From Narcine bancroftii (Eukaryota), in NCBI RefSeq assembly GCF_036971445.1, contig NC_091472.1, positions 75,702,001 to 75,736,577 of the forward strand: a DNA stretch of 34,577 nt. The letters run 5' to 3'. The notes under the pieces were generated by a model, which did not search any database, was not told where the DNA came from, and worked only from the letters and a program-made list of their open reading frames with translations. The position numbers were made by a program, and so were the translations under genes. Below, one piece after another: positions 1 to 10,183 of the stretch (position 1 is the first letter of the stretch; each line of letters opens with the position of its first letter).

Positions 1-487
1 GTCTTCTGAGTTTATCTGATCTGCAGTGCTGTACGACTTGATCCAATAATTGGTTGTCCAAATCAGCTGGCATGTAATTGCATCCAACAGCTAGCTGGCG
101 TAGTCTCGTCACGTATTGAGCAATTGTCTGGCCATCTTCTTGTCTCGTTCTCCGAAACAAATGGCGTTGAAATGTAGCATTTGGTGTCACTACATAGTGT
201 GCATTTAATGCTTCTACCGCTTTTTGGTACTCATCCTTTCTTCCAGTATTCAAAAGTGTCTTAAATGTTTCCCGAACTGCGGGACCAGCAGTGAAAAGAA
301 GTAACGCCCTTCTCTGCGCTTTTTGTTGAACTGTACCGGTATCTAGAAATAGGCCACGACTGTCGGCGTAGGATTCAAATTCTTCCAGCCATGCCTTCCA
401 CTTCACACTTACAGTGCTTGCACCACCCGTTGGGTCAAAATGAGCAATTCCACTATGTGTTAGAAAGTTACCGTCTTCCCCAGCCAT
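1..487 (-). CDS. gag: Gypsy Gag(-Pol) polyprotein N-terminus, partial, uninterrupted for 162 codons
   Basis: Manual translation: MAGEDGNFLTHSGIAHFDPTGGASTVSVKWKAWLEEFESYADSRGL...RALLLFTAGPAVRETF...FQRHLFRRTRQEDGQTIAQYVTRLRQLAVGCNY...; typical Gypsy gag motifs. Absent from the ORF track because it runs off the window. Confidence 0.88.
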   Translation of the reverse strand, partial: MAGEDGNFLTHSGIAHFDPTGGASTVSVKWKAWLEEFESYADSRGLFLDTGTVQQKAQRRALLLFTAGPAVRETFKTLLNTGRKDEYQKAVEALNAHYVVTPNATFQRHLFRRTRQEDGQTIAQYVTRLRQLAVGCNYMPADLDNQLLDQVVQHCRSDKLRR

Positions 488-602
488 GAGGAAATATTCC
501 AGCCCCAAAAGTACTGAGTCAAAGAGAAAATTCTTATCACCCTGAAGTTCTCTGTAATCCTCTGTAATCTTCTTTAGTCTTTAATTTTCTTCAAGCTTCT
601 TT

Positions 603-616
603 CATCCTCGTCGCCA
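603..616 (-). promoter_or_regulatory. Primer binding site complementary to the tRNA-Ser(GCU) 3' end
   Basis: TGGCGACGAGGATG one nt after the LTR terminal CA; complementary to ...CAUCCUCGUCGCCA of vertebrate tRNA-Ser(GCU). Confidence 0.85.
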
Positions 617-617
617 A

Positions 618-817
618 TGTCACATTTGTGGCCCGAAATGTGAAGTTAATAAAACATCAAACACAAGTTTTATCAGGTAAACTTCTCAGTGTCTTTATTC
701 TCCAGTTTCCTTTGTTCTCCTGCTTGTGCTCTTATCTCTCTCTCATACCACGTGACTTCCGGTACATCTCATACATATTCATTATCAAGACACCATTCCT
801 GATGCCGAGTCATAACA
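618..817 (-). repeat. 5' LTR (200 bp) of the Gypsy element
   Basis: TG...CA termini with imperfect inverted ends, internal AATAAA, adjacent PBS. The outer boundary cannot be checked against a second LTR. Confidence 0.75.
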
Positions 818-1025
818 TATCAAATCATAATCTAGTTAGAATCAGTTAGAACAGAGCTCAATCCATGAGCAAGAGGAAAGAAAATGGAAAAAAATGAAAG
901 AAAGTCAGATGAATGATAGCCTTGTTAAAACATACAAAAATCTTCTTGGGGTTTTCCAGGATTGATGTGGTTTGATGTTTTCCATGTGTGGGCTATCTTA
1001 TGCCAGTGATCATAGTCACAAACTA

Positions 1026-1797
1026 CACTGTCCTCCATGACATTTGGGACAAAGTCACTTTTTTCTTTTTTTTTGTCAGTGCTCTCTAGTTTGAAATCCG
1101 ACAGATCAGAAACACTCTTCAGGAGCCAGGAGTGGATATGTCAATGACTACTGTCCACAGAAGACTTCATGAACAGAAATACAGTAGCCACACTGTAAAA
1201 TGAAAATCATGGTAAAGATGGAATGCTTAGGACCTTGGGTAGTTCCTTTATGTCCCCACACTTGTTCTTGCCATCACTCAGATACAGGTTACTCTTGATT
1301 TCTTATGTCCACAAGACCTTTTTCCAAAATTCTGCTGGCTGTTTTAAATACTTTCTGGCAAACTGTAATCTGACTAACCAGTGGTTTGCTGTTTTATTAT
1401 TATTTTTCAGCCTCATAATGGCTTCTTTGACTTACATTGGCACAACTCTGGTCCTCGTGTTGAAAAATGGCAACTATAGTCTCCAAAGGTGATCAAAAGC
1501 TCAAAACCCTAGCTCTCTTATACCTGCACCAATGAAGAAATTAAACATACCTGAGCACTCACAAACATCTGTGAAGCCAACTGTCCCAAACATTATGGGG
1601 TGCCCTGAAATGAGGGGACTATGTATAAAAAGTGATGCAATTTCTACATGGTCAAACCAGAATGTATTCAAATAACCCTGAATAAAATTTGGAGTGTGCA
1701 CTTTATGAATTGTTTGATTACAAATTTAAAACTGTGGAGCACAGGGGAAAATAAAGAAAAATAAGGGTCTTTGTTCCAAACGTTTTGGAGGGCACTG
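1026..1797 (-). mobile_element. Tc1-like DNA transposon, internally deleted and rearranged
   Basis: Imperfect TIRs CACTGTCCTCCATGACATTTGGGACAAAG / CAGTGCCCTCCAAAACGTTTGGAACAAAG, TA on both flanks (1024-1025, 1798-1799). Transposase remnants RLQFARKYLKQPAEFWKKVLWT*EIK (minus) and TTVHRRLHEQKY (plus). Inserted in an old CR1 3' tail. Confidence 0.85.
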
Positions 1798-2127
1798 TAA
1801 GGGATTAGCAATTTAGGACTGAGATGTGATTTTTTTTTAATCCAAACAGCAGCAAATTTTGAGATTTGGAAAACTGCAGAGCTGAACAGCAGAATATGTT
1901 AAAGACAATTTGATAGATTTGTAGAAATGAAGGCAATCAAGGGATATGGGATGAGTGCAGGAAATCAGAACTGGCATAAAAAAACCCACAAAATTGATGA
2001 AGGATCAAAGGTGATTTTTCCTCAAATCTTATTTCTTGAAGGACTAATGATTGTAATTACTCATGTTCTTCCTGTTCTCAGCAGTTAAACCACATGTCAA
2101 CACTCTATGGTACAGAATGTCATTCAC

Positions 2128-2345
2128 CTGATAGGACTCCTTCACTTTAACACTGGCTACACTCTTCAGCCAGTCTTCTTTGCATTTTATTGTCTTTTCA
2201 AGCTCTTGCAATTCTTGATAAATACTGTTCATGTCCCCTTGATACTGGATCTTACATCTCAGCCTCTCCATTTGCTGGTTATTATTGTTCCACTCCACTG
2301 ACACCTTGTCCAGGACTTGGATTACTTCCTCTGTTGAAAGCCCTT
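2128..2345 (-). CDS. utrn: Utrophin coding exon (homologous to DMD exon 20), 218 bp
   Basis: tttgcag|AA...TATCAG|gtgaat; (E)GLSTEEVIQVLDKVSVEWNNNNQQMERLRCKIQYQGDMNSIYQELQELEKTIKCKEDWLKSVASVKVKESYQ resembles human UTRN EGLPTEEIKNVLEKVSSEW...; phase fits the preceding exon. Confidence 0.9.
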
Positions 2346-3039
2346 CTGCAAAGAGTTGACATCACACCAACATTACTTTGTCAGCAAGGGTAATGTTGAA
2401 CATAACACATACCTAAATAAACTTTCCATTTTTGGAGTGAGTAACTTTCAAAGTCCAGGAAAATAGTTTATCCAATTGTGAATTGGAGTAATGAAAAAAA
2501 GTCCTCCTTATAAATTGTTCCAGTATGACCTAAGATTGAATTTTATGAGAAACTAATCACCAAAAATATTGATGTTAAATAGTTAAAAAACATGTGTTGA
2601 TGATCCACGACATTCCTGCTTATTTTATTCCTGAGTGCCCTGTCTTCAGCAACAAAGCAAAATCAGAATGTGCTGCTGCCAGCACTGCAAGCTGGCTCTC
2701 ATGCAAAACCAGTGACTTCTACAGGCACTGTTGGCAGTTAGTCAACCCTAATGGTAAACTAAGCCATTATAGTTAGAATAGAGCTCAACTCAGCAGAAGG
2801 AAAGGGCAATTTACAATGGCCAACCTAAATTAATGGGAATTGTTTGCTGTTTTCAAAAAACAATCTGCAGTTCTACAAGCACCACCACCAAACAGGAGGG
2901 AGGGGGGAGGAGGTTACAAAATCTATGATGATCATGTTCCTGAACATGAAAGGGTGGACTGAGAGATCTGGAGCCACATGGTCACAGTTTTGACATGAAA
3001 ATTAGAGTTGCTATGGCCACTTCAGATAAACCTTGCATA

Positions 3040-5156
3040 ACACCAGTCAGAAGGCAGGTAGCTGGGTGACTGTTAGGAGAGAGAAGGGGATTAGGCAATC
3101 CCCTCAACAATAAGTATACAGTTTTGGAAACTGATGGTGGGGATGGGAGAGATCTACCAGTAGTGGTCAGGTCTATGGCACGGAGTCTGGTTCTTCGGCA
3201 AAGAAGGGAAGAGGGGAGAGGAGGAGAGTGATAATGATTGGGTATTCAAAAGTCATGCAAACAGATAGGATATTCTGTGAACAGGAATGAGACTTGCAGA
3301 TGGTATGTTGCCACCCAGGTGTCAGGGTCAGGGACATCTCTGATGAAGACCACAGCATTCACAAGCAGGAAGGTGAGCAGCCAGATATCGTGGTCCACGT
3401 TGGTACCAATGACACAGGAGCAGGGATAAGGTCCTGATAAGGGAATATAGGGATTGTGGCCACACCCCAATGAGGGAAGGAATAGGAAGTTGTAATTAAT
3501 GAATGCATGGCTGAAAGAGTTGGAGCAGGACAGAGGTTGAGATTTGTGGATCATTGGAATCTCTGGGAAAGTCTGACCTGTACAAAAAGGACGGGCTGCA
3601 TCTGAACTGAAGAGGAACCAATATCCTGGTGGGAAGGTTTGCTAGAGCAGTTGGAGAGAGTTTAAATTACTTTGGCAGGGGAATGGGAATCTAAGTGAGT
3701 GAAAAGAATAGGGCAGAAGGTGGAAAGATTGATACATTGTGTTGTGGGTTTGTGGGGAAGGACAGGCTGGGGAAGAAGCATAAATGTGGTCAGTTGGAGA
3801 ATTTGAAATATGTCTATTTCGTTGCATGGAGTATTACGAACAAAGGAGATGAATTGAAACCTTGGATCAGGACATGGAATTGCAATGCTATAATTGTTAC
3901 AGAAACTTAGTTGACAGAAGGACAGGATTGGCTGATGCAGGCACTGGGGTTTGTGTATTTTAAAAGGGATAGGATGGGAGGTAAAGGGAGGGTGAGGGGG
4001 TTGGTGCAGGAAGTAGCATTACTGGTCAGGGATAGTATCACGGCTGTAGAAAGGGAAGATACTGTAGAGGGAGTGTCCGCTAAGGCAGTGTGGGTGGAAG
4101 AATACAATAGCACAGAAAACAGGCCATTTGGCCCTTCTATTCTGTGCCAAAACATCATTCCACTAGTCCCGCTGACCTACTCGCACTCCATAACCCTCCA
4201 GACAACTCCCATCCATGTACCTATCCAACTTATTCTTAAAACTTAAGACTGAGCCTGCATTTACCTCGTCAGGTGGCAGCTTGTTCCACACTCCCACCAT
4301 TCTGAGTACTGTACTGGAAGCAGCCCTGAGGCCCCCAAATACACCTCAGGACACTAAGGAACAGATAGGCAGGCAGATTTTGGAATGGTGCAGAAAAATC
4401 AGGTTGCTGTCGTGGGAAACTTCAACTGGGGCAGAATTTGTCAGTTGTGTCCAAGAAGGATTCCTGACACAGTAATGTGGATTAGCCACTGGAAGAGAGG
4501 CCTTACTGGATCTAGTACTGGGTAAAGAACCTGGTCAGGTGACAGATCTCTCAGTGGGGGAGCATTTCAGACGTAGTGACCACAATGCTCTGAACTTTAA
4601 CATAGTTATGGACAAGGATAAAAACAGGCAGAATGGAAAAAGTGTTTAATTAAGGAAGGGTTAATTACGATAGGCAAGAACTGGGTTGGGGGGAAGTAAA
4701 TTGGGAACAGATGCTCATGAAAGAGCACTGAAGTAATGTGGAGAAAGTTTAAGGACCACTTGTATGGGGTTCTGGAGAGGTTTGTCCCACTGAGAAAAAC
4801 AAAAAAAGGTAGGAAAGGGGAACTGCAGTTGACAAAGAGGAAGAAGGAAGCATGCATGATATTTAGAAAGAAAAAACAGGAAAGGATCATGGGAATTATA
4901 TCATATCCAGGAAGGAACTTGAGAAAGGAATTAGGAGTGCTTGAAGCAGCCATGAGAAGGCCTTGGCAAGTAGGATGAAGGAGAGTCCCAAGGCCATCTA
5001 TGCGTATGTGACGAACACAAGGATGAGGGGTAGGGCTGCTTAAGGATAAAGGAGGCAACATGTGCCTGGAGGCGGAGGTCCTAAATGAATACTTTGCTTC
5101 AGTATTCACCAGAGAAAAGGACCTTGGTCAAGATGAGATCAGAATTGAACAAGCTT
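3040..5156 (+). mobile_element. CR1 LINE, 5' part (degenerate ORF1 esterase and ORF2 AP endonuclease)
   Basis: IVVHVGTND and DGLHLN SGNH-esterase motifs; SITNKGDEL, VTET, RPPN, LLDLVL, SDH endonuclease motifs; LNEYFASVFT. Resumes at 10184. Confidence 0.85.
4100..4303 (-). mobile_element. 5'-truncated CR1 3' end nested in the CR1 endonuclease region
   Basis: Reverse strand encodes VGVWNKLPPDEVNAGSVLSFKNKLDRYMD followed by the GGGCCAAATGGCCTGTTT tail; splits the host between VWVE and RPPN. Confidence 0.75.
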
Positions 5157-5667
5157 GAAAAATATATAAAAATTTAGTAAAGATATTCATCTTAATAACA
5201 TTAATGTGTCCAATTAATGTCATTGAAAGAGGGGACCACAGTGTCAAGGACTTCACAACATGACTCATTAAGGTAAGAATTTTTTCTTTCAACAAATTAT
5301 TGAATTTCTTAATAATAGTACCCATTTTTATTCCCAAATTCTTTTTTGTTTCATTGGATTCTATCATATCTTCTTTTATATGGAAAAATAAATGCCCTGT
5401 CTTAAGAAATCTTCCTTCAAAATATTAAAAAGAATGGGGCTTGGCATTACCTAACTTTAGATTTTATTATTGGGCAGCTAATGTTAGATACATTACTTTT
5501 TGATTCATCACAAGGAAAATTTAGGTGCATCAAGTTGGATTAATTTAGAAATTAAATCTACCGAAAAATATTCTCCTTTCAATAGTTGAACCACCTTTAC
5601 CTTTTTTGGCATCCAAATTAATTGATAATTTTGTTGCTAGACATCTATTGAGAATCTGGTTTCAATT

Positions 5668-7855
5668 TTTTTTTAAATTTTAGTTCTCACACTATGAACC
5701 ATATCAAACAAAATATGTACAAACGTTTCTCATTAAATATACAGTGACAATTTCCCCCCTTCCCACCCCCCTCCAAAACCAATAAATATTAAACATATAT
5801 AATACAATAAAACCATAAAACAACGTCTTCACACAAGGGAAAAACAAACAAGAAAAATGTGTCATCTACTTTTACACACTAAATCTAATCGTTTTGCTTT
5901 TATCATTTTCGGGGATGGAGGTCCGAGGCAAGCACTCTCTCTTATGTTCCATGTATGGTTCCCAAATTTGTTCAAACAATGTAACTTTATTTTTTAAATT
6001 ATATGTTATTTTTTCCAATGGAATACATTTATTCATTTCCATGTACCATTGCTGTATTCTCAGGCTCTCTTCCATTTTCCAAGTTGACATTATACATTTT
6101 TTTACTACTGCTAAGACTATCATAATGAATCTTTTTTAATCCAATTTAAGGCCTAATTCTTTACTTATGTTACTTAAAAGAAAGATCTCTGGATTTTTTG
6201 GTATGTTATTTTTTTGTGATTTTATTTAATATCTGATTTAATCTTCCCAAAACTTTTTCACTTTCTCACATGCCCAAATTGCATGTATTGTTGTTCCCAT
6301 TTCATTTTTACAGCAAAAACATCTATCTGATATTGTTGGATCCCATTCTTTTAATTTTTGAGAAGTGATATATAACCTGTGTAAGTAATTATACTGTATC
6401 ACGCGTAACCTTGTATTTATTGTATTCTTCATAGTTCCAGAATATAACTTTTACCATGTTTCATTCTTTATATTTAAGTCCTTTTCCCACTTTTGTTTGG
6501 GTTTATAGCTTATTTTCCTTACCTTCCATCTTAATTTACATATTTGTTATTAATCTTTTATTTATCATTGTATCTGTAATCACATATTCAAAGCTGCTTC
6601 CTTCTGGTAATCTCAATCTGTTTCCCAATTTATCCTTTAAATAAGCTTTCAGTTGATGATATGCAAACATTGAACCATGAGTTATCCCATATTTGTCCTT
6701 CAACTGTTCAAATGTTAATAAATTATTTCCCAAAAAACAATTTTCTATTCTCTTGATTCCTTTTCTCTCCCATTCTCTAAAGGAAAGGTTATCTATTGTG
6801 AAAGGGATTAGTGGATTTTGCGTCAATAGCATTTTTGGTATTTGGTAAATCATTTTTTGCCTTTCTACGTCTATCTTCTTCCATATATTAAGTAAATGAT
6901 GCAATACCAGTGAGCTGTTATATTAACTATATAACCATTTACGGAGCGAAAACCGGCCATTTCGGCTTTTCGAGTCCACACCAGCTTTTCATCCCATTTT
7001 TAAAGTACCTTTTTATCTAGTTCTATCTTAGTCCAGTCTGGTTTTTCTCTCATCTGGTAAAAATTTGATAAGTACCTTAATTGTGCGGCTCTGTAATAAT
7101 TTCTGAAGTTTGGTAACTCTAAACCACCTTGGTTATACCTCTCTGTTAATTTATCTAGCGCTACCCTTGGCTTCTCCCTTTCCACAAGAATGTCCTTATT
7201 ATTCTCCTTAGTTCAACAAAGAATTTCCCTATTAAGGGAAATTCGTAAAACATCTAAAAAAAGATTGGATACCTAAAATTTAACTACTGATGATAATTAT
7301 TATCTTGAACTGAAGGCTTAAAAAAAAGGAATTATTTAAAATAATTATTGTATCCTTGAAATAAGTATTGTATCCTTGAGAACACATTCATTTTAATGCA
7401 GTTCACCATCCCTATCAACGTTAGCGGTAATTCTTTCCAATGTTTTAAGTCTTCCTGTAATTTCTTTATTAATGGCTGATAATTTAGTTTGTACAAGTGG
7501 CTTAAGTTATTGTCTAACCTGATATCAGATTGCTTGTGCTTGCCATTTAAATAGTGATTCTTTTTTAAGTTCTGTATAATCCGCATTACTCATTGGCATC
7601 ACTTCACTTTTATTTGCGTTGACCTTATACCCCGATATTTCTCCATATTCCTTCAATTTCTTATGTAGTTCTTTTATTGATATATTTGGTTCTGTTAAGT
7701 ATACTATGATGTCATCTGCAAATACACTGATTTTATACACCTTCTCCTTTATTTTTATCCCTTTTATTTTATTTTCTTATCAGCTCTGCCACTGGATCTA
7801 TTGCTAAAGCGAACAATGAGGGAGATAAATGGACATCCCTGCCTAGTTGATCTAC
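5668..7855 (-). mobile_element. L1-clade LINE (L1-B), 5'-truncated within RT, nested in L1-A
   Basis: 19-bp TSD TGAGAATCTGGTTTCAATT at 5649-5667 and 7856-7874; poly(A) remnant; RQGCP, FADD, GGLELPNF, CFCC...HAIWAC motifs; G-rich 3' UTR near 5754-5773. Confidence 0.9.
6924..6982 (-). mobile_element. About 60-bp CR1 3' tail inserted in L1-B
   Basis: GGTGTGGACTCGAAAAGCCGAAATGGCC...TGGTTATATAGTTA; same family as 9044-9102 (7 differences in 59 nt). Confidence 0.65.
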
Positions 7856-8016
7856 TGAGAATCTGGTTTCAATTAAGGAAACTTTTAGGGTACCATAGAT
7901 TTTTATTAATTAGTCCTATTTTAAATAATTCCTGTTTTTTAAACCTTCAGTTCAAGATAATAATTATCATCAGTAGTTAAATTTTAGGTATCCAATCTTT
8001 TTTTTAGATGTTTTAC
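7245..8016. repeat. About 100-bp inverted repeat pair (7245-7343 / 7917-8016)
   Basis: Direct comparison: 2 substitutions and one homopolymer indel. Confidence 0.95.
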
Positions 8017-8084
8017 AAACCAATATAATTTGAAATTAAAATATTGTGGCAGCATCACTCCACTGGTCAATGTGGGGGTGGGGT

Positions 8085-8182
8085 CATCCGATGAAAAAGG
8101 TATAGCTCAAAATCTACATTTTAGGTGGAAAATCTGGGGTTGACCTATGTATGAGTCATCCTGCACACTGGAATATATGGTA
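8085..8182. mobile_element. Possible Tc2/pogo-type DNA transposon end
   Basis: GGGGTTGACCTATG...AATATATGGTA resembles TACCGTATAT-type termini; no partner TIR found. Confidence 0.3.
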
Positions 8183-8534
8183 ATGCTAGATGCAAGTCTT
8201 CCTTTTTTAAAAAAAATTATTTTGAGATTGAAATTTAAAGCAGCAGAAAAACAACATGCAATTGTATCATTTTCATTCTTTAAAATAAACTAAGGAATGA
8301 TACAAGACTAAGTGCTCTTAATAGATATCTAACTGGCAAAAGATAATGCCCTTGCATAACTTTTAACTCTATAGCCTGTGCTAATTGGCTTGTAACACTA
8401 CCCCCAACATGGTTGTTTATTTGTTATTTTTGTACTATGAGTTGACTTGCCTGGATAGCATGCAAAACAAAATGTTTTTACTGTACACATGACAGTGAGA
8501 AATTCAGATACAAGAAAATATTAAGCTAAGCAAG

Positions 8535-8672
8535 AAAGTCTGCAGATGCTGGAGTTGAATAAAATATACAAAAGTGCTGGAGAAACCCAGCAGGTCGAGC
8601 TGATGAGGAGGGCCAAGGCCCGAAATGGATAGTCTGTGACCTGCTGAGTATCTCCAGCACATTTGTGTCTTG
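8535..8672 (+). repeat. Penelope-associated hairpin repeat with degenerate hammerhead-like core
   Basis: 29-bp inverted arms 8568-8596 / 8638-8666 (26/29 match) enclosing CTGATGA-gga-GGGCC-aa-GGCCC-GAAA. Confidence 0.65.
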
Positions 8673-9043
8673 CATAAGAAAATACGAGTCTGTTAGGATG
8701 TAAAAAATATAACAGCAAATTAGCATTTGCTTAGAGAAAAAAAGAATAAAAGCAGTGCGGCGGTTACAGGATGTGATTGTTTAATAATCTTTCCAAGCTC
8801 TTTGCACAGTTATTTCCAGCTAGCCAAGATGCTGTTCAACCACACCATGGATTTGCTGGTCATTGCCAGTTTGTTGGCTGTTGTTAACTTTTGAATGCTT
8901 TTCGGAAAAGGAGGTCTGAATCAGCATTTTGAAATTAAACATGTAACACTGTCCACATCATAGTGCATTGAATTCGCCCATCGTTATTGAATGAAGATCT
9001 ACCGGGACCAATGCCTGAAGAGGGTGCACAAAATCAGTGAACC

Positions 9044-9102
9044 GGTGTGGACTCGAAAGGCCAACATGGCCTGTTTCCGCTCCATAAATGGTTATATGGT
9101 TA
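9044..9102 (+). mobile_element. CR1 3' tail with TGGTTATA terminal repeats
   Basis: GGTGTGGACTCGAAAGGCCAACATGGCCTGTTTCC...TGGTTATATGGTTA. Confidence 0.6.
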
Positions 9103-10183
9103 ATAACTTGCTTCTTTTGAACAATTATCCACCAAATGTAACATTTTCAGACCACTTTTTTTTCACTATTTACAAGTTAGGAGCTTTTTAAATTCTTTCA
9201 TTTTGAAGCTCCTTGAACATCTAGAATCTAATATGATAGGGTTGATTTATAATCTTCAACCTAATTATAAAGGAGGAATATCTGACCTTTATGAATTACT
9301 TCTAAATTCTAGGGATAGTTCTCTAGAAAGAATTAAACAACTACATGAACAAGATTTTCAACAACCCCATTTTCTGACACTACATGAAATTCTATTCTGA
9401 AAAAATCCTGTCTTTGTGCTAGACATTTATTATTACAATTTAAGGTAGTACACTGGGCTCACTATTCCAAAGTCCGATTAGATAAATTCTGTTCTCATCA
9501 CTCTTCTAAATGTGATAACTGTATAAATGAGGAAGGTGCACTGTACACTGTATCATGTGTTCTGGTTGTGTTCTTCTCTTTCTAATTTTAGGGAAGGGGA
9601 AATTCATACTTTGTCTTTAGTTCTTAATATTAATTTGACTCCTAATCCCTTTATTGCTCTCTTTGGAATAAGTGGGCCATCTAGTTTAATTCTGACTGCT
9701 TCACAATCCCACATAATTGCCCTCGGCTCCATTATTGCTAGAAGGGCCATTTTTATGAGATGGAAAGATGTTGTCCCTCCCACTCATAATCAATGGGTGT
9801 CCAATGTGATGGCCTGTCTGACTTTAGAAAAAAATATGTTCCACGACTGAAATGAATCTTAACTGTGTTTCTTTATGGAGTTTTTAATTACTTTCAAACT
9901 TTTTAAGATTAACTAGTTTTTGAACCCAATGCTTACCTTCCTTTTTTTAATTATTAGTAGTGGACAGTTTGTATTAGTCAGTAGCTTCCAAAGGGAGGGG
10001 ATTGAATTCAATATTAGTATAGTGTTTTTCTTTTTATCTTTCTCTTTAATGTAATGTAGGTCTCAGTACTATTTGTATTGCTATATGAGATTTGTTAATA
10101 CTTTATTTTATTGTTATGTATCTATGGAACATTTATTTGATAAAACCAATAAAAATATTGAAACAGAAAAATAGAACAAGCTT

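Larger units (their letters stand above)
1..817 (-). mobile_element. Gypsy LTR retrotransposon, 5' end (LTR, PBS, gag); continues off the left edge
   Basis: LTR 817-618 (TGTTATG...GTGACA, AATAAA near 694-699), followed by a tRNA PBS and an open gag frame. Confidence 0.9.
5157..10173 (+). mobile_element. L1-clade LINE (L1-A), 5'-truncated and 5'-inverted, itself interrupted twice
   Basis: TSD GAACAAGCTT at 5147-5156 and 10174-10183; LALPNFRFYYWAA, LQFKVVH, HVFWLC ORF2 motifs; AATAAA at 10148 and A-rich tail. Confidence 0.88.

Noticed and set aside
8760-8920. Possible extra exon in the unassigned sequence
   Set aside because: All three minus-strand frames contain stops, no spectrin-like peptide, and the flanking utrophin exons already join in frame
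6924-9102. Two inverted CR1 tails as ends of one element or inversion
   Set aside because: They differ at 7 of 59 positions and sit in different hosts; independent insertions are simpler
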